Shown here: positions 45,134 to 56,264 of the stretch, one piece after another
Layout: each line of letters opens with the position of its first letter
Numbering within the stretch: position 1 is the stretch's first letter
DNA from: Acidimicrobiaceae bacterium
GTDB lineage: Bacteria > Actinomycetota > Acidimicrobiia > Acidimicrobiales > Ilumatobacteraceae
Length of the DNA stretch: 56,264 nucleotides
Assembly: GCA_947463235.1 (NCBI GenBank)
Contig: CANHST010000001.1
Coordinates: forward strand, 1 to 56,264
Direction of reading: 5' to 3'
Translations under genes and position numbers: made by a program
The notes under the pieces: generated by a model
Database searches by the model: none
The model's input: only the letters and a program-made list of their open reading frames with translations
Told to the model about the DNA's origin: nothing

Positions 45134-46114
45134 TCAGAGGCTGGCGAGGAGGGCCGACGGCGCGGCGTACAGCGCGTCGGTGGCGGCACTGGGGGGAAGC
45201 AGTTCGCACGACGCCTCGGCGCGGGCCACCCACTCCTGGGCCGTCTGCATTGCGGCGGCGGCGCCACCATTGGAGCGCACGATGGACAATGCCTTGTCGC
45301 GCTCGGCCTGATCCAGCGGCTTGCCCAACAACGCCAGCAACTCCACCGCAGCCACGCCACCGGCCTGCAGCGTGCGCAGCACGGGAAGCGTGTACACGCC
45401 CTCCACCATGTCGTGCCCGGCTGGCTTACCGAGTTGCTCGTCGGTGGCCGTGATGTCGAGCAGGTCGTCGACGATCTGGAACACCATGCCGAAGGCTTCT
45501 CCGTACTCGGTGAGCGCATCGATAGCCGGGCGAGGCAGCCCAGCCACGATGCCGCCGATACGGGCCGAGGTGGAATACAGCGATGCGGTCTTGCCGCTGA
45601 TGCTGCTGAGGTAACTGGCCTCGGGTCGGGCCGAGTTGTACGTGTGGCGCAGTTCTTCGATCTGCCCCTCACACAAGCGGCCGATGGTGCGAGCCAGCAA
45701 ACCCGCCACCTCGGTGCCGAGCGACGCGGCGATCTCCGAGGCGCGCGCCAGGAGGAAGTCGCCGGCGAGGATGGCCTGCAGGTTGCCCCACTTGGCGTTG
45801 ACGGTGTCCACGCCTCGCCGGGTGTCGGCTTCGTCCATCACGTCGTCGTGGTACAGCGAACCGGTCTGGACGAGTTCGCACGAGATGCCGCCCTGAATGG
45901 CCTTCTCGCGTAGTTCGTCGTCGGCCGGGCCGGCCACCTGGGCCGCCACCACGGTGAGCACCGGGCGCAAGCGCTTACCGCCGGCAACGATCAGGTGCGA
46001 GGCAATCTCGCTGAGATATGCGTCGGGGGTGCGCACCGATGCCTTCAGCGCGTCTTCGATGCGCTCGAGGAGCGCAGCATGCGACGGCAGGGCGAACAGA
46101 GGCGCGGATGACAC
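45134..46114 (-). CDS. trans-polyprenyl diphosphate synthase (GrcC1/HepT-like)
   Basis: 326 aa with first and second Asp-rich motifs LYHDDVMDEADTRRG and FQIVDDLLD. Confidence 0.88.
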   Translation of the reverse strand: MSSAPLFALPSHAALLERIEDALKASVRTPDAYLSEIASHLIVAGGKRLRPVLTVVAAQVAGPADDELREKAIQGGISCELVQTGSLYHDDVMDEADTRRGVDTVNAKWGNLQAILAGDFLLARASEIAASLGTEVAGLLARTIGRLCEGQIEELRHTYNSARPEASYLSSISGKTASLYSTSARIGGIVAGLPRPAIDALTEYGEAFGMVFQIVDDLLDITATDEQLGKPAGHDMVEGVYTLPVLRTLQAGGVAAVELLALLGKPLDQAERDKALSIVRSNGGAAAAMQTAQEWVARAEASCELLPPSAATDALYAAPSALLASL

Positions 46115-46248
46115 GACGGCAAGGCTACGCCCTCTGGCCGAGGCTGACCAACGGTGCTACCAAGTCGCCCGTGCGGTCGTCGAGAACGGGTCGCGCGAAC
46201 CCCTGGCTCCGGCACGTTGGTTTCTCCGGCCACCGATACACTCCCCCT

Positions 46249-48813
<2,565 letters not shown>

Positions 48814-48837
48814 GCACGGCGCGTCAGCGCTGACAGA

Positions 48838-49641
48838 ATGACCAACGTGCGTCGCGTCCTGTTCGTCATCATCGCCGCGCTCGCCCTTGCGGCGTGCAAG
48901 GTGGACACCCGGGTCGACGTCGTGGTGCAGCCCGACGGCACCGGCACCATCACGCTGACGGCCGTGGCTGATGCCGAACTGGTGCAGAAGACGCCTGGGT
49001 TGGCCGAGGACCTGCGGTTCGACGATGTGACCGCCGCCGGTTGGACGGTGGATGGCCCTACCCCCACTGCCGACGGCGGGTTGACGGTTTCCGTGGCGCA
49101 TCCGTTCGCCACGGTGGAGGAAGCCACCGCGTTGCTGCAGTCGTTGAACGGCCCCGATGGCCCGCTGCACGGCGTGACCATCGGTCGCACCGTGACTGCC
49201 GACGACATCACCACCACGTTGTCGGGCACCATCAGCGTGTCGAACGGTCTCGACGCCTTCGCCGACCCCGACGTGCTGGCCGCGATCGGCGGCAGTCCGT
49301 ACGCCGCCGACCTCGCCGCATCGAACCTGCGGCCGGCAGATGCGGTCACCTTCACGTTCGCCGCCGACCTGCCCGGCACCGTGACGAATAGCTCCGCTGC
49401 CCCCGGCACCGTCACCGGTGGCGAGACCGGCTCGGTGTGGAGCGTGCCGCTCGATGGCACCACCGCCGATCTGGCCACCACCAGCGTGCTCGCACAGGGC
49501 TCGGGCGGCGGCGTGTGGGGCATCGTGGCGAAGGTGGCGCTGGTGGCACTCGTGCTGTGGGTGCTACTCGCCGCGGCGTTCATCGCCTTCGTCGCACAGG
49601 CCCGACGAGCCAAAGCCCGACGCACTGCGCCGGGGGCCTGA
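48838..49641 (+). CDS. putative lipoprotein with C-terminal TM anchor (LppM/DUF3153-like architecture, tentative)
   Basis: 267 aa. Lipobox-like IAALALAAC, a soluble Thr/Ala-rich domain, the C-terminal helix VALVALVLWVLLAAAFIAFV and a basic tail. Confidence 0.65.
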   Translation: MTNVRRVLFVIIAALALAACKVDTRVDVVVQPDGTGTITLTAVADAELVQKTPGLAEDLRFDDVTAAGWTVDGPTPTADGGLTVSVAHPFATVEEATALLQSLNGPDGPLHGVTIGRTVTADDITTTLSGTISVSNGLDAFADPDVLAAIGGSPYAADLAASNLRPADAVTFTFAADLPGTVTNSSAAPGTVTGGETGSVWSVPLDGTTADLATTSVLAQGSGGGVWGIVAKVALVALVLWVLLAAAFIAFVAQARRAKARRTAPGA

Positions 49642-49647
49642 CCGGGG

Positions 49648-51237
49648 TCAGGGTTCTGGGCCGGACGACGGCACCGGTAAGTCGGACCCGATTGTCTGAC
49701 ACGTCACACCCGCGCACGAGCGCAGGACGCGCAGCAATGCCATCGCCTGCTCCACGTCATCGACTGGGGGGTTGCCGGCGAGCAGGTTGTCGAGCTCGTC
49801 AGGGTCCTTCTGCACGTCGTACAGCTCCGCCTCGCCGTTCGTGTGCTCGATGTACAGCAAGCGTCCGGTGTACACGCCATCGAACGGCAGCACGAGCTTC
49901 TCGTCGGGGGCATGACCCTCGAGATAGATGGCTCTGCCCTTGCGCACGCTGCCGTCGCGGAGCATGTCGACCAGACTCACCCCGTCCGGCACGCGCGGCA
50001 ATGTGGCGCCGGTGAGCTCGGCGATCGTCGGTGCCATGTCGAGGTTGCTGACGACGGACGGTTGCACGACGCCCGCCGGTACGCCCGGGCCGGTGACGAT
50101 AAGCGGCACCGTTCGCGAGGTGCGGTACATGTAGTACTTCCCGTACGGGTAGCGATGCTCGCCGTAGAACGCACCGTTGTCAGAGGTGAAGAAAATGTAC
50201 GTGTTTTCGAGCACACCACGACGATCGAGCTCGTCGATCATCGTCGACACCGAGTCGTCGACCGACATCAAAGTCTCGAGTGCCCGCCGGTAGAGGACTT
50301 CGATTTTACCGATCGTCTGACCGTCCAGCGGCTTACGCTGGGTGGTCTTCGGTTTGTCGCTTATGTCCGCCTCGTTGAAGGACGGGCCACCTGGCAATGG
50401 GACGCCGTCGGCGGCACCTTCGTACTTCGGCTCGGGCACCGCCGGCACGAAGCCATCGGGGTAACGCTCGAGGATCTGCTTGAGCACCTGACCCTTCGAC
50501 GCCTCCTCCAAGGTGAGGCCACCCGGGGCGTGCGGGGCGACGTGCCCGATCATCATGAAGAACGGATCGCCGGCCTCGACGGACTGATCGATCGCGGCGA
50601 CCGTGAGCCGGGTGATCGCAGACGTGACGTACTCGTCCGGGTCGAGGGTCAGCACCTGGCCGTTGTCGTAGAACGAATTGCCGTAGTAGATCGATTCGGC
50701 CGGCCAGATGAGCCCCTTGAAGTCGGACCAACCCGGTGGCACGTAGCGGTCCTCCGGATCGCGTTCGCCGTACCGGTTGAGGTACTTGCCGATCATCACC
50801 GTGTGGTAGCCAACCTGTTGGAGTGCCACAGGAAGGGTGAGCTCCTGGTTCTTGAACGACGCGAAGCCTCCGGTGGGCGGCACGTTCCAGAGCACACCGT
50901 GATGGCGTGACTGCAGACCGGTGAGCCACGTGGTACGAGACGGGCAGCACTCGCTGGTGTTGACCACGAAGTTGCTGAACGAGATTCCCTTGTCGGTCAT
51001 CAACTGCTTGACCTTCGGCATCACGCTGAGCTGCGCCACCGTCTGGTCGTCGGTCATCACGACAATGATGTTCGGCCGCGTCGACGGGGACGGCACGGTA
51101 GTGCCGGCCACAGTGGAGCCGGGTGTCGAGGTGGGCAGATCGTTGGACGACGTCGAGGTGGTGCAGGCGGCGAGCAGCACGAACAGGCTGAACGCCAGCG
51201 AAACGAGCAGAGGTCGTCGCCGAATTCTTTCAGTCAA
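49648..51237 (-). CDS. formylglycine-dependent sulfatase, lipoprotein-type signal
   Basis: 529 aa with a TTG start. Signal and lipobox RRRPLLVSLAFSLFVLLAAC. Sulfatase signature IIVVMTDDQ .. SECCPSRTTWLTG (C-x-P-S-R). Confidence 0.85.
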   Translation of the reverse strand: MTERIRRRPLLVSLAFSLFVLLAACTTSTSSNDLPTSTPGSTVAGTTVPSPSTRPNIIVVMTDDQTVAQLSVMPKVKQLMTDKGISFSNFVVNTSECCPSRTTWLTGLQSRHHGVLWNVPPTGGFASFKNQELTLPVALQQVGYHTVMIGKYLNRYGERDPEDRYVPPGWSDFKGLIWPAESIYYGNSFYDNGQVLTLDPDEYVTSAITRLTVAAIDQSVEAGDPFFMMIGHVAPHAPGGLTLEEASKGQVLKQILERYPDGFVPAVPEPKYEGAADGVPLPGGPSFNEADISDKPKTTQRKPLDGQTIGKIEVLYRRALETLMSVDDSVSTMIDELDRRGVLENTYIFFTSDNGAFYGEHRYPYGKYYMYRTSRTVPLIVTGPGVPAGVVQPSVVSNLDMAPTIAELTGATLPRVPDGVSLVDMLRDGSVRKGRAIYLEGHAPDEKLVLPFDGVYTGRLLYIEHTNGEAELYDVQKDPDELDNLLAGNPPVDDVEQAMALLRVLRSCAGVTCQTIGSDLPVPSSGPEP

Positions 51238-52249
51238 CGGGGTGTCCCATCAGGTCATGGCGGCGGAGGCCGCGCGACATCTGTCGCAGGCGGGCCCCGC
51301 TGGTGACGCCGTAACCATACCGTGCGCCGAGCGGCGCGTTGAGCGCACCGGCGGCCGCGGATCGCCAGCGGGTCTGCTCGCTCCGCCACGCGTCGTCCGC
51401 ACGGATGGCCGTCGGCGCGGTCTCGAAGCGATTCGGATTGCCCCACGTGGTGTGACCAGGCGCCGGCTTGAACACGTTGCCCTCCAACACGCCGGTCAGA
51501 TCGATCTCCTCGCCGACGAACTCGGCGATTCGTGCGCATGCAGCGGCAGGGTTGGCGACGAAGTCCTCATAACGAAGAATCTGGTAGTGACCTGCATCGC
51601 GCCGCCACAGCGCCTCCGCTGCGATGTCCGAGACATAGAAGTAGGTGGACGAGGTGAGCAAGTTGCGGCGCTCCATGTTCACCTCACCGCGGAACCCTGC
51701 CTCCGGGCGCAGCTTCGTCCAACTGTACGAGATTGCACGCGGGTCGCGGACGAGGTGCAGGAAATAGACGTCAAGGTCGGTGCGCAGGCGCAGGATCTGG
51801 CTGTAGTGCGTGTCCTTCGACGAGTCGATGAGCACCCGGTCGCCGGTGACCTCCATCACCGAGCGGTACAGTTGCTCGACATTGCTGGGGTACTCCTCGA
51901 GCCGGTCGAACCGGCGACGAGCGAGCGGCGGGACCGCCATCAGCGGCAGATGGATGGACCAGAAACGTTGGCGCAGCGTCACCATCCGCTCGGCGTCTGC
52001 GCCATCGAGACCGAACGCCCTCTCGAGGGCCGTGCCCCACACATCACATTCGGCCACCTTCTGTCCACACGCGCACAGACCACCGCGGAGCAGACCCAAC
52101 CGCCACAGGAACGCCAATTCGCCACCCGAGAACCACCCAGGTGCACTACCCAGTAAACGGTCGACAAGAGTGCTGCCGGTGCGACCCGTGCCTCCGATGA
52201 ACAGAACTTTCAACGCGTCCGCTCCAACCACACAGTTTCTGTCTACCAT
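51230..52249 (-). CDS. cytoplasmic sulfotransferase family protein
   Basis: Trimmed to ATG 52247-52249; a later GTG start is possible. PAPS-loop-like VLFIGGTGRTGSTL, then LVRDPRAISYS. Its stop overlaps the sulfatase start by 8 nt. Confidence 0.7.
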   Translation of the reverse strand: MVDRNCVVGADALKVLFIGGTGRTGSTLVDRLLGSAPGWFSGGELAFLWRLGLLRGGLCACGQKVAECDVWGTALERAFGLDGADAERMVTLRQRFWSIHLPLMAVPPLARRRFDRLEEYPSNVEQLYRSVMEVTGDRVLIDSSKDTHYSQILRLRTDLDVYFLHLVRDPRAISYSWTKLRPEAGFRGEVNMERRNLLTSSTYFYVSDIAAEALWRRDAGHYQILRYEDFVANPAAACARIAEFVGEEIDLTGVLEGNVFKPAPGHTTWGNPNRFETAPTAIRADDAWRSEQTRWRSAAAGALNAPLGARYGYGVTSGARLRQMSRGLRRHDLMGHPVD

Positions 52250-52303
52250 GACGAGGTGGGACGAACAAATGCCGATCCGTCGACCCCGAGCGCGTTGGCG
52301 ATC

Positions 52304-52999
52304 ATGAAGATGTTCCTCCGCACGCGGGGTAGCAGCCAAGAGTTCGCCGAGGCGCTCGCCGACCGCGCCATCCGCCAACTCCCCGGACCGGTGCGCGGTC
52401 TGCGCGTCCTCGACCTCGGGTGCGGTCCCGGCGTGTACTCCCGTGCGCTCGCCGGGGCCGGCGCCGAAGTGCTGTCGTGCGAGATCGACGAGGGCGAACT
52501 GCGGAGGGCCGTGCACCCGATCGAGCGCCCGATCGCAGCCGACGGCAGGTGTCTGCCGTTCCCCGACGCCACGTTCGACGCCGTCGTGTGCTCGAACGTG
52601 CTCGAGCACACCCCTCAGCCGTTCGACGTGCTGGCCGAGATCGAACGGGTGCTCCGCCCCGGCGCCTGGGGCTATGTCAGTTGGACGAACTGGTACTCAC
52701 CGTGGGGCGGTCACGCCGTGGCTCCGCTCCACTACGTCGGAGCCGAGCGCAGCCTACGCTGGTGGCGACGCATGTTCGGCGAACCGAAGGGCCACAACCT
52801 GCCGCTGCGCAACGTGTGGCCGACGTACATCGGTCGCACCATGGCCTGGGTGGAGCAGCGGCGCGGCCTGAGCCTCGTCGAATCCTACCCGCGCTACTGG
52901 CCGTGGCTCCGTGTCATCATGAAGGTGCCCGGTGTGCGCGAGGTGCTGGCGTGGAACTGCGTGCTCCACGTCGAGCGCACGGTTCATCCAGTCGGATGA
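52304..52999 (+). CDS. class I SAM-dependent methyltransferase
   Basis: Motif I RVLDLGCGPGVYS and FDAVVCSNVLEH. The start is ambiguous: ATG 52304 is preferred, because the GTG at 52256 would leave only 6 nt to the divergent gene. Confidence 0.75.
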   Translation: MKMFLRTRGSSQEFAEALADRAIRQLPGPVRGLRVLDLGCGPGVYSRALAGAGAEVLSCEIDEGELRRAVHPIERPIAADGRCLPFPDATFDAVVCSNVLEHTPQPFDVLAEIERVLRPGAWGYVSWTNWYSPWGGHAVAPLHYVGAERSLRWWRRMFGEPKGHNLPLRNVWPTYIGRTMAWVEQRRGLSLVESYPRYWPWLRVIMKVPGVREVLAWNCVLHVERTVHPVG

Positions 53000-54621
53000 C
53001 CAGACGGCTCGGCGTCGGCCAAGAGATCCACCGCCGGTGACGCCGACCCGTCAGCAGACACGCGTCCCATCCGTCGCACGAGCAGGAAGGTGGCCGGGGC
53101 CAGCGACAACGCACTGCCCACCACCCAACCCCACACGGCGCCGTCGACGCCGTTGCGCTGTGCACCGGCCGCCACGCCGACCAGCGTGAACACCGCGTAC
53201 GGGATGCTGGCCGCTAGCACCGCCCCGAGGGCCGCATCGGAGCGTGCCTCGGCGATCTCGATGACCACCGGCACCGCCGCCACGCATCCGACCAGCAGTC
53301 CACCGAGCAGATGGCCGGCATCCTGATAGCGCTGCCCGAACAGCAACGACGTGAGCTCGTTGCCGACGAGCAGCGCCAACAATGCCGCCGACGACGTGAG
53401 CGCCAGCCCGAGGCCCAGCGCGGTGAGAGTGCCACTTCGGCTGCGCCCGCGGTTGGCGGATTCGGCAAGCAGCGTCTGGCCGATCACCTGCGTCGCCATC
53501 AGAAACACGGAGGCGATGCCCCACACCAGGTAGAACCGGCCGTACGCGGTGTGGTCGGTGGCCACCAGCACCACCAACGGCACCACGAAGAGCGGGGCCT
53601 GCACCGCAAGCTGGGACACATAGTTCACGGTGGCGAACTTCGCTAGGCGCCGGACGTCACTACGAAACACCGGGCGCGGATCGACGGGATCCCGGCGCAA
53701 CACCGACGGCAGCAACGCGAGGCTGGTGGCGGCGAACGCCCACACGGCAGCGACGAACAACCACGCCGCGCTGTCCGCGTCGGGGATGAAGACCACGCCA
53801 GCGAACCGCAACACCGTGACAGCAGCCAGACGGAAAAAGTACGCCCGCCACCGCAAAAGGGCGGCGAGGCGGGCGTCCACGACGGTGGAAACCGAGACGC
53901 CGGAGATCACCAGAGCCAGGACAGCAGCACCGGCGACCGACCGACCGCCGATGGGCAGGGTGTCCTCCACCGGCACGAGCAGCACCAGCACCGCAGCACC
54001 GATGGTGGACGATACGACCGTGAGCAACAGCGACCAGCCGGTGATTACCGCGGAGCGCCGGCTCAGGTCGGTCGCTTCGCGAGTAACCGTCGTGGGCAGG
54101 CCCAGCGAAGTGGCGTACGCGATGAAGAACGATGCGGAGAACAGGGCGGCCGCCCCGCCGAGTGCGTCGGGGCCGCTGATGCGTGCCGCGAGCACCCAGA
54201 AGGCGAACCCGCCCACGGACACTAGGGCGGTGCCGGCGAGGCTCCACGTGGCGCCCCTCATGACTCGCCCTGCAGCGCGCTGACCGGGCTCCGTCTCGGA
54301 CAGCAACTCGTCGACGACCGGTCCACGCAGTGAGAACGAGGCCTCACCGACCAACACCATGCCCAGCAGCAGCGCCAGTAGCAGACCGAGCGTGTGTGCC
54401 ACTGGACGTTCGAGCGGGAACACGCCGCGACGGTCGAACGATCCCTGCAGCACCACGGCGGCCGCCATCGCCACGGCCACCACCACCGGCACGAGGCGTG
54501 CGAGGCGCGGGCGGCTCTGCTGCAGGATGATCAACCCGGCGGCGGCGAGCAGGCCCCAGTAGTCAGCGATGAGGTACCCGACGAGGGCCCCGGCCGCCAA
54601 CACAGCGAGCGAGCGGTTCAT
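52984..54621 (-). CDS. MOP/Wzx-like polysaccharide flippase family membrane protein
   Basis: 545 aa from ATG 54619-54621, an ATGA overlap with the upstream gene stop. At least 12 hydrophobic helices. The core begins MRGATWSLAGTALVSVGGFAFWVLAARISGPDALG, typical of Wzx/PST-type proteins. Confidence 0.65.
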   Translation of the reverse strand: MNRSLAVLAAGALVGYLIADYWGLLAAAGLIILQQSRPRLARLVPVVVAVAMAAAVVLQGSFDRRGVFPLERPVAHTLGLLLALLLGMVLVGEASFSLRGPVVDELLSETEPGQRAAGRVMRGATWSLAGTALVSVGGFAFWVLAARISGPDALGGAAALFSASFFIAYATSLGLPTTVTREATDLSRRSAVITGWSLLLTVVSSTIGAAVLVLLVPVEDTLPIGGRSVAGAAVLALVISGVSVSTVVDARLAALLRWRAYFFRLAAVTVLRFAGVVFIPDADSAAWLFVAAVWAFAATSLALLPSVLRRDPVDPRPVFRSDVRRLAKFATVNYVSQLAVQAPLFVVPLVVLVATDHTAYGRFYLVWGIASVFLMATQVIGQTLLAESANRGRSRSGTLTALGLGLALTSSAALLALLVGNELTSLLFGQRYQDAGHLLGGLLVGCVAAVPVVIEIAEARSDAALGAVLAASIPYAVFTLVGVAAGAQRNGVDGAVWGWVVGSALSLAPATFLLVRRMGRVSADGSASPAVDLLADAEPSGHPTG

Positions 54622-56264
54622 CCCGGCCTCCGCCGCGTGGCGAACCACAGGCATGCGAGGACCGAGAGCGCCGACACCCCGAGCGCCAGCCGGTACAGCG
54701 ATTCCGGCGCGAAGGTCAGGTCCACGGTGGTCTGGCTGCCCTCGTCGAGCCACCAACCCACGTCGCCGTCCACGACGAGCGGTGTCGCGTCCCGAGCGCC
54801 GCTCTCGAGGATCCAACCTGAATGCTGCGGGATGGGGCTGGTCACAAGGCCCGCCTGCGCGGGCAGCACCACCACGTATGACGAAGCGGCGAGACGCGAG
54901 GCGGACACACCTGTGGCAAGCGACGGCGATGTCTTTGCCGTGTCGGTGAACGACAGGTCGACGATACGTCGCGCCTGGGACGACACCTCCTCGAACCGAT
55001 GCATCCCTGCAGCGAGTCGCACGGTGTCGCAGCTCTCCACGTCGATGAACGATCCGCCGGTCGCGGGTTGAAGTTCGCCGGTTGGTCGCACTTGCAGCAA
55101 CTGGCTGTCCAGAAGTGCGACCTGCGTGCACGCTCCGACCGCCGGCTCGCGCCCCGCGGCGTAGAAGACGTGGCCGGTGAGCGAGAACGTCTGATCGCGG
55201 ACCGTGACGAATTCCCGCCGCATGTCGCGCTCCTCGCCAGGGGCGGACGAGTCGCCGAACACGTACGACACCGAGCGCGCCCGATCGGCACGGCCGAGGT
55301 CGACGGGCAGTCGCAACCATTCGCGGGTGTCGAGCACGCCAGCAGGTGTGCCGATCACGATCTCTGAGAACCCGACCGGCTGCTTTGATACCAATGCGGT
55401 GCCGGTGACGATCATCTTCAACGTCTTCACCGTCGCTTCGAGGCGCACGGTGGTGGACAGCGTCAGCGTCTCGATCGGCACGGTGATCATGTTCGGCTCG
55501 CCGGACGCAGGCGTCACGAGCAGCGCGATCTCAGTGATGCGGTCGCCCTCGCTGATGGTGGGCGTGAACGACAGCGACGTCAACTCGGTGGGCTGGGCGA
55601 ACTCGACCTCGAGGGAACTGCCCGGGGCACGACCGCGCTGCTGGTCCACGCGCCAGGCGGTGTCGTTGCGACCGTCGAACGCCAGGCCTGCTCGATTCGC
55701 CGGGCTCCAGATGGTGTCGGTGTCGCCCGACCGGTTCGCCGCCACGCGACGCAGCGTGTCTGACACCACCACCGTCTGCGTGTCGGTGTCCTCCGGCCGA
55801 AGAGTCAGCACCGGCCGCGGCGGTCGGTCAGATGCACGTAGCGTCTCCGAACTGATCACGTCGGTGCTGGTGGCACGGACGGCGCGACGCCGTGAGCCAT
55901 CGGTGACGACGAGATCGAGGCCTGCATCCTGCAGGTCGTCGATCACGCGATCGTCCAGTTGAGCGAGGTTGACCGTAGGGCGGTCGAGCCATCCGTTCGC
56001 ACCCAGTGCCGCCAGCGCATCGGTGCCGCCGCTGACTACGAGCGGCGGCGCGGTGTCGAACATGAAAGCAGGTCGTGGGGAGACCACCTCGTAGAGCTCG
56101 AGCGCGGTCTCACCTCCGGGCACTGTGCCGAACGACGCCGCTAGGCGCAGCCCGTCGGCGCGCCGCAGGTCGTCGAGGGCGGACCTCGGCGGCAGATCGG
56201 GTGCGTCCAGATCGTTCTGCACCCACACCCACCGGATACCAGCCCAACGCAGCATCGGCGCCAC
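54618..56264 (-). CDS. C-terminal part of a large exported glycosyltransferase-like protein (AftD/DUF3367-like, with discoidin-like domain); N-terminus outside the window
   Basis: Open frame running to the window edge. Contains AFDGRNDTAWRV (an F5/8-type-C-like motif) and a terminal TM helix LALGVSALSVLACLWFA followed by RRRPG. The family call is from memory and of moderate certainty. Confidence 0.55.
   Translation of the reverse strand: MAPMLRWAGIRWVWVQNDLDAPDLPPRSALDDLRRADGLRLAASFGTVPGGETALELYEVVSPRPAFMFDTAPPLVVSGGTDALAALGANGWLDRPTVNLAQLDDRVIDDLQDAGLDLVVTDGSRRRAVRATSTDVISSETLRASDRPPRPVLTLRPEDTDTQTVVVSDTLRRVAANRSGDTDTIWSPANRAGLAFDGRNDTAWRVDQQRGRAPGSSLEVEFAQPTELTSLSFTPTISEGDRITEIALLVTPASGEPNMITVPIETLTLSTTVRLEATVKTLKMIVTGTALVSKQPVGFSEIVIGTPAGVLDTREWLRLPVDLGRADRARSVSYVFGDSSAPGEERDMRREFVTVRDQTFSLTGHVFYAAGREPAVGACTQVALLDSQLLQVRPTGELQPATGGSFIDVESCDTVRLAAGMHRFEEVSSQARRIVDLSFTDTAKTSPSLATGVSASRLAASSYVVVLPAQAGLVTSPIPQHSGWILESGARDATPLVVDGDVGWWLDEGSQTTVDLTFAPESLYRLALGVSALSVLACLWFATRRRPG

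Noticed and set aside
46115-46248. 134-nt region upstream of clpC, screened for a ClgR-type CGC-N5-GCG operator, a tRNA or a small RNA.
   Set aside because: No convincing dyad or cloverleaf-compatible sequence was found by eye. A PWM scan would be needed.
49637-49652. Palindrome cctgacc-gg-ggtcagg covering both stop codons of the convergent lipoprotein and sulfatase genes, considered as a terminator.
   Set aside because: A 7-bp stem with a 2-nt loop cannot fold as a stable hairpin. It is more likely coincidental with the two facing stop codons.
52984-55320. 778-aa and 459-aa extended ORFs (52984..55320 and 51230..52609).
   Set aside because: The upstream parts overlap the AftD-like gene or the divergent methyltransferase gene and are Arg-rich. 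Trimmed starts at 54621 and 52249 fit coupling and domain boundaries.

Overview
High-GC chromosomal segment that looks actinobacterial, possibly Acidimicrobiia-like. That placement is an inference from gene content: MenJ/GrcC1-like synteny, ClpC, an AftD-like protein, and a split b6-type cytochrome b. Respiratory genes dominate the window. (1) An 11-gene complex I operon, nuoABCDHIJKLMN, lacks nuoEFG (13133->2556, minus strand). A near-consensus Rex operator precedes it, and an NDUFAF7/MidA-like methyltransferase gene overlaps the end of nuoN. (2) A canonical 14-gene nuoA-N operon (37450->22381, minus strand) follows a Rieske/cytochrome b6-type complex III cluster with only a 3-nt gap. That cluster encodes a small membrane protein, a 2x[4Fe-4S] ferredoxin, cytochrome b6 with the haem-ci cysteine, a subunit-IV-like protein, Rieske, a dihaem cytochrome c and a 272-aa membrane protein. 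Together these form about 20.3 kb of 21 tightly abutted genes (42713->22381). Between the two nuo loci lie three units. One is an S1P-lyase-like PLP enzyme divergent from a choline/ethanolamine-kinase-like gene. The second is an amine-catabolism cluster (permease, GATase, ALDH, two PuuD-like hydrolases). The third, and the most unusual structure in the window, is a DUF559/AbiEi-like endonuclease gene bracketed by about 89-bp imperfect inverted repeats with nested palindromes, and outside those by strand-asymmetric tandem repeats. The right part of the window carries a monohaem cytochrome c, MenJ-like and polyprenyl synthase genes, clpC, a lipoprotein, and a sulfotransferase/sulfatase/methyltransferase/flippase/AftD-like envelope cluster. 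The left edge carries two paralogous secreted proteins with an uncharacterised Cys/His motif domain. No rRNA, tRNA or CRISPR array was seen. All calls rest on my own reading of the translations and DNA; no database search was run.
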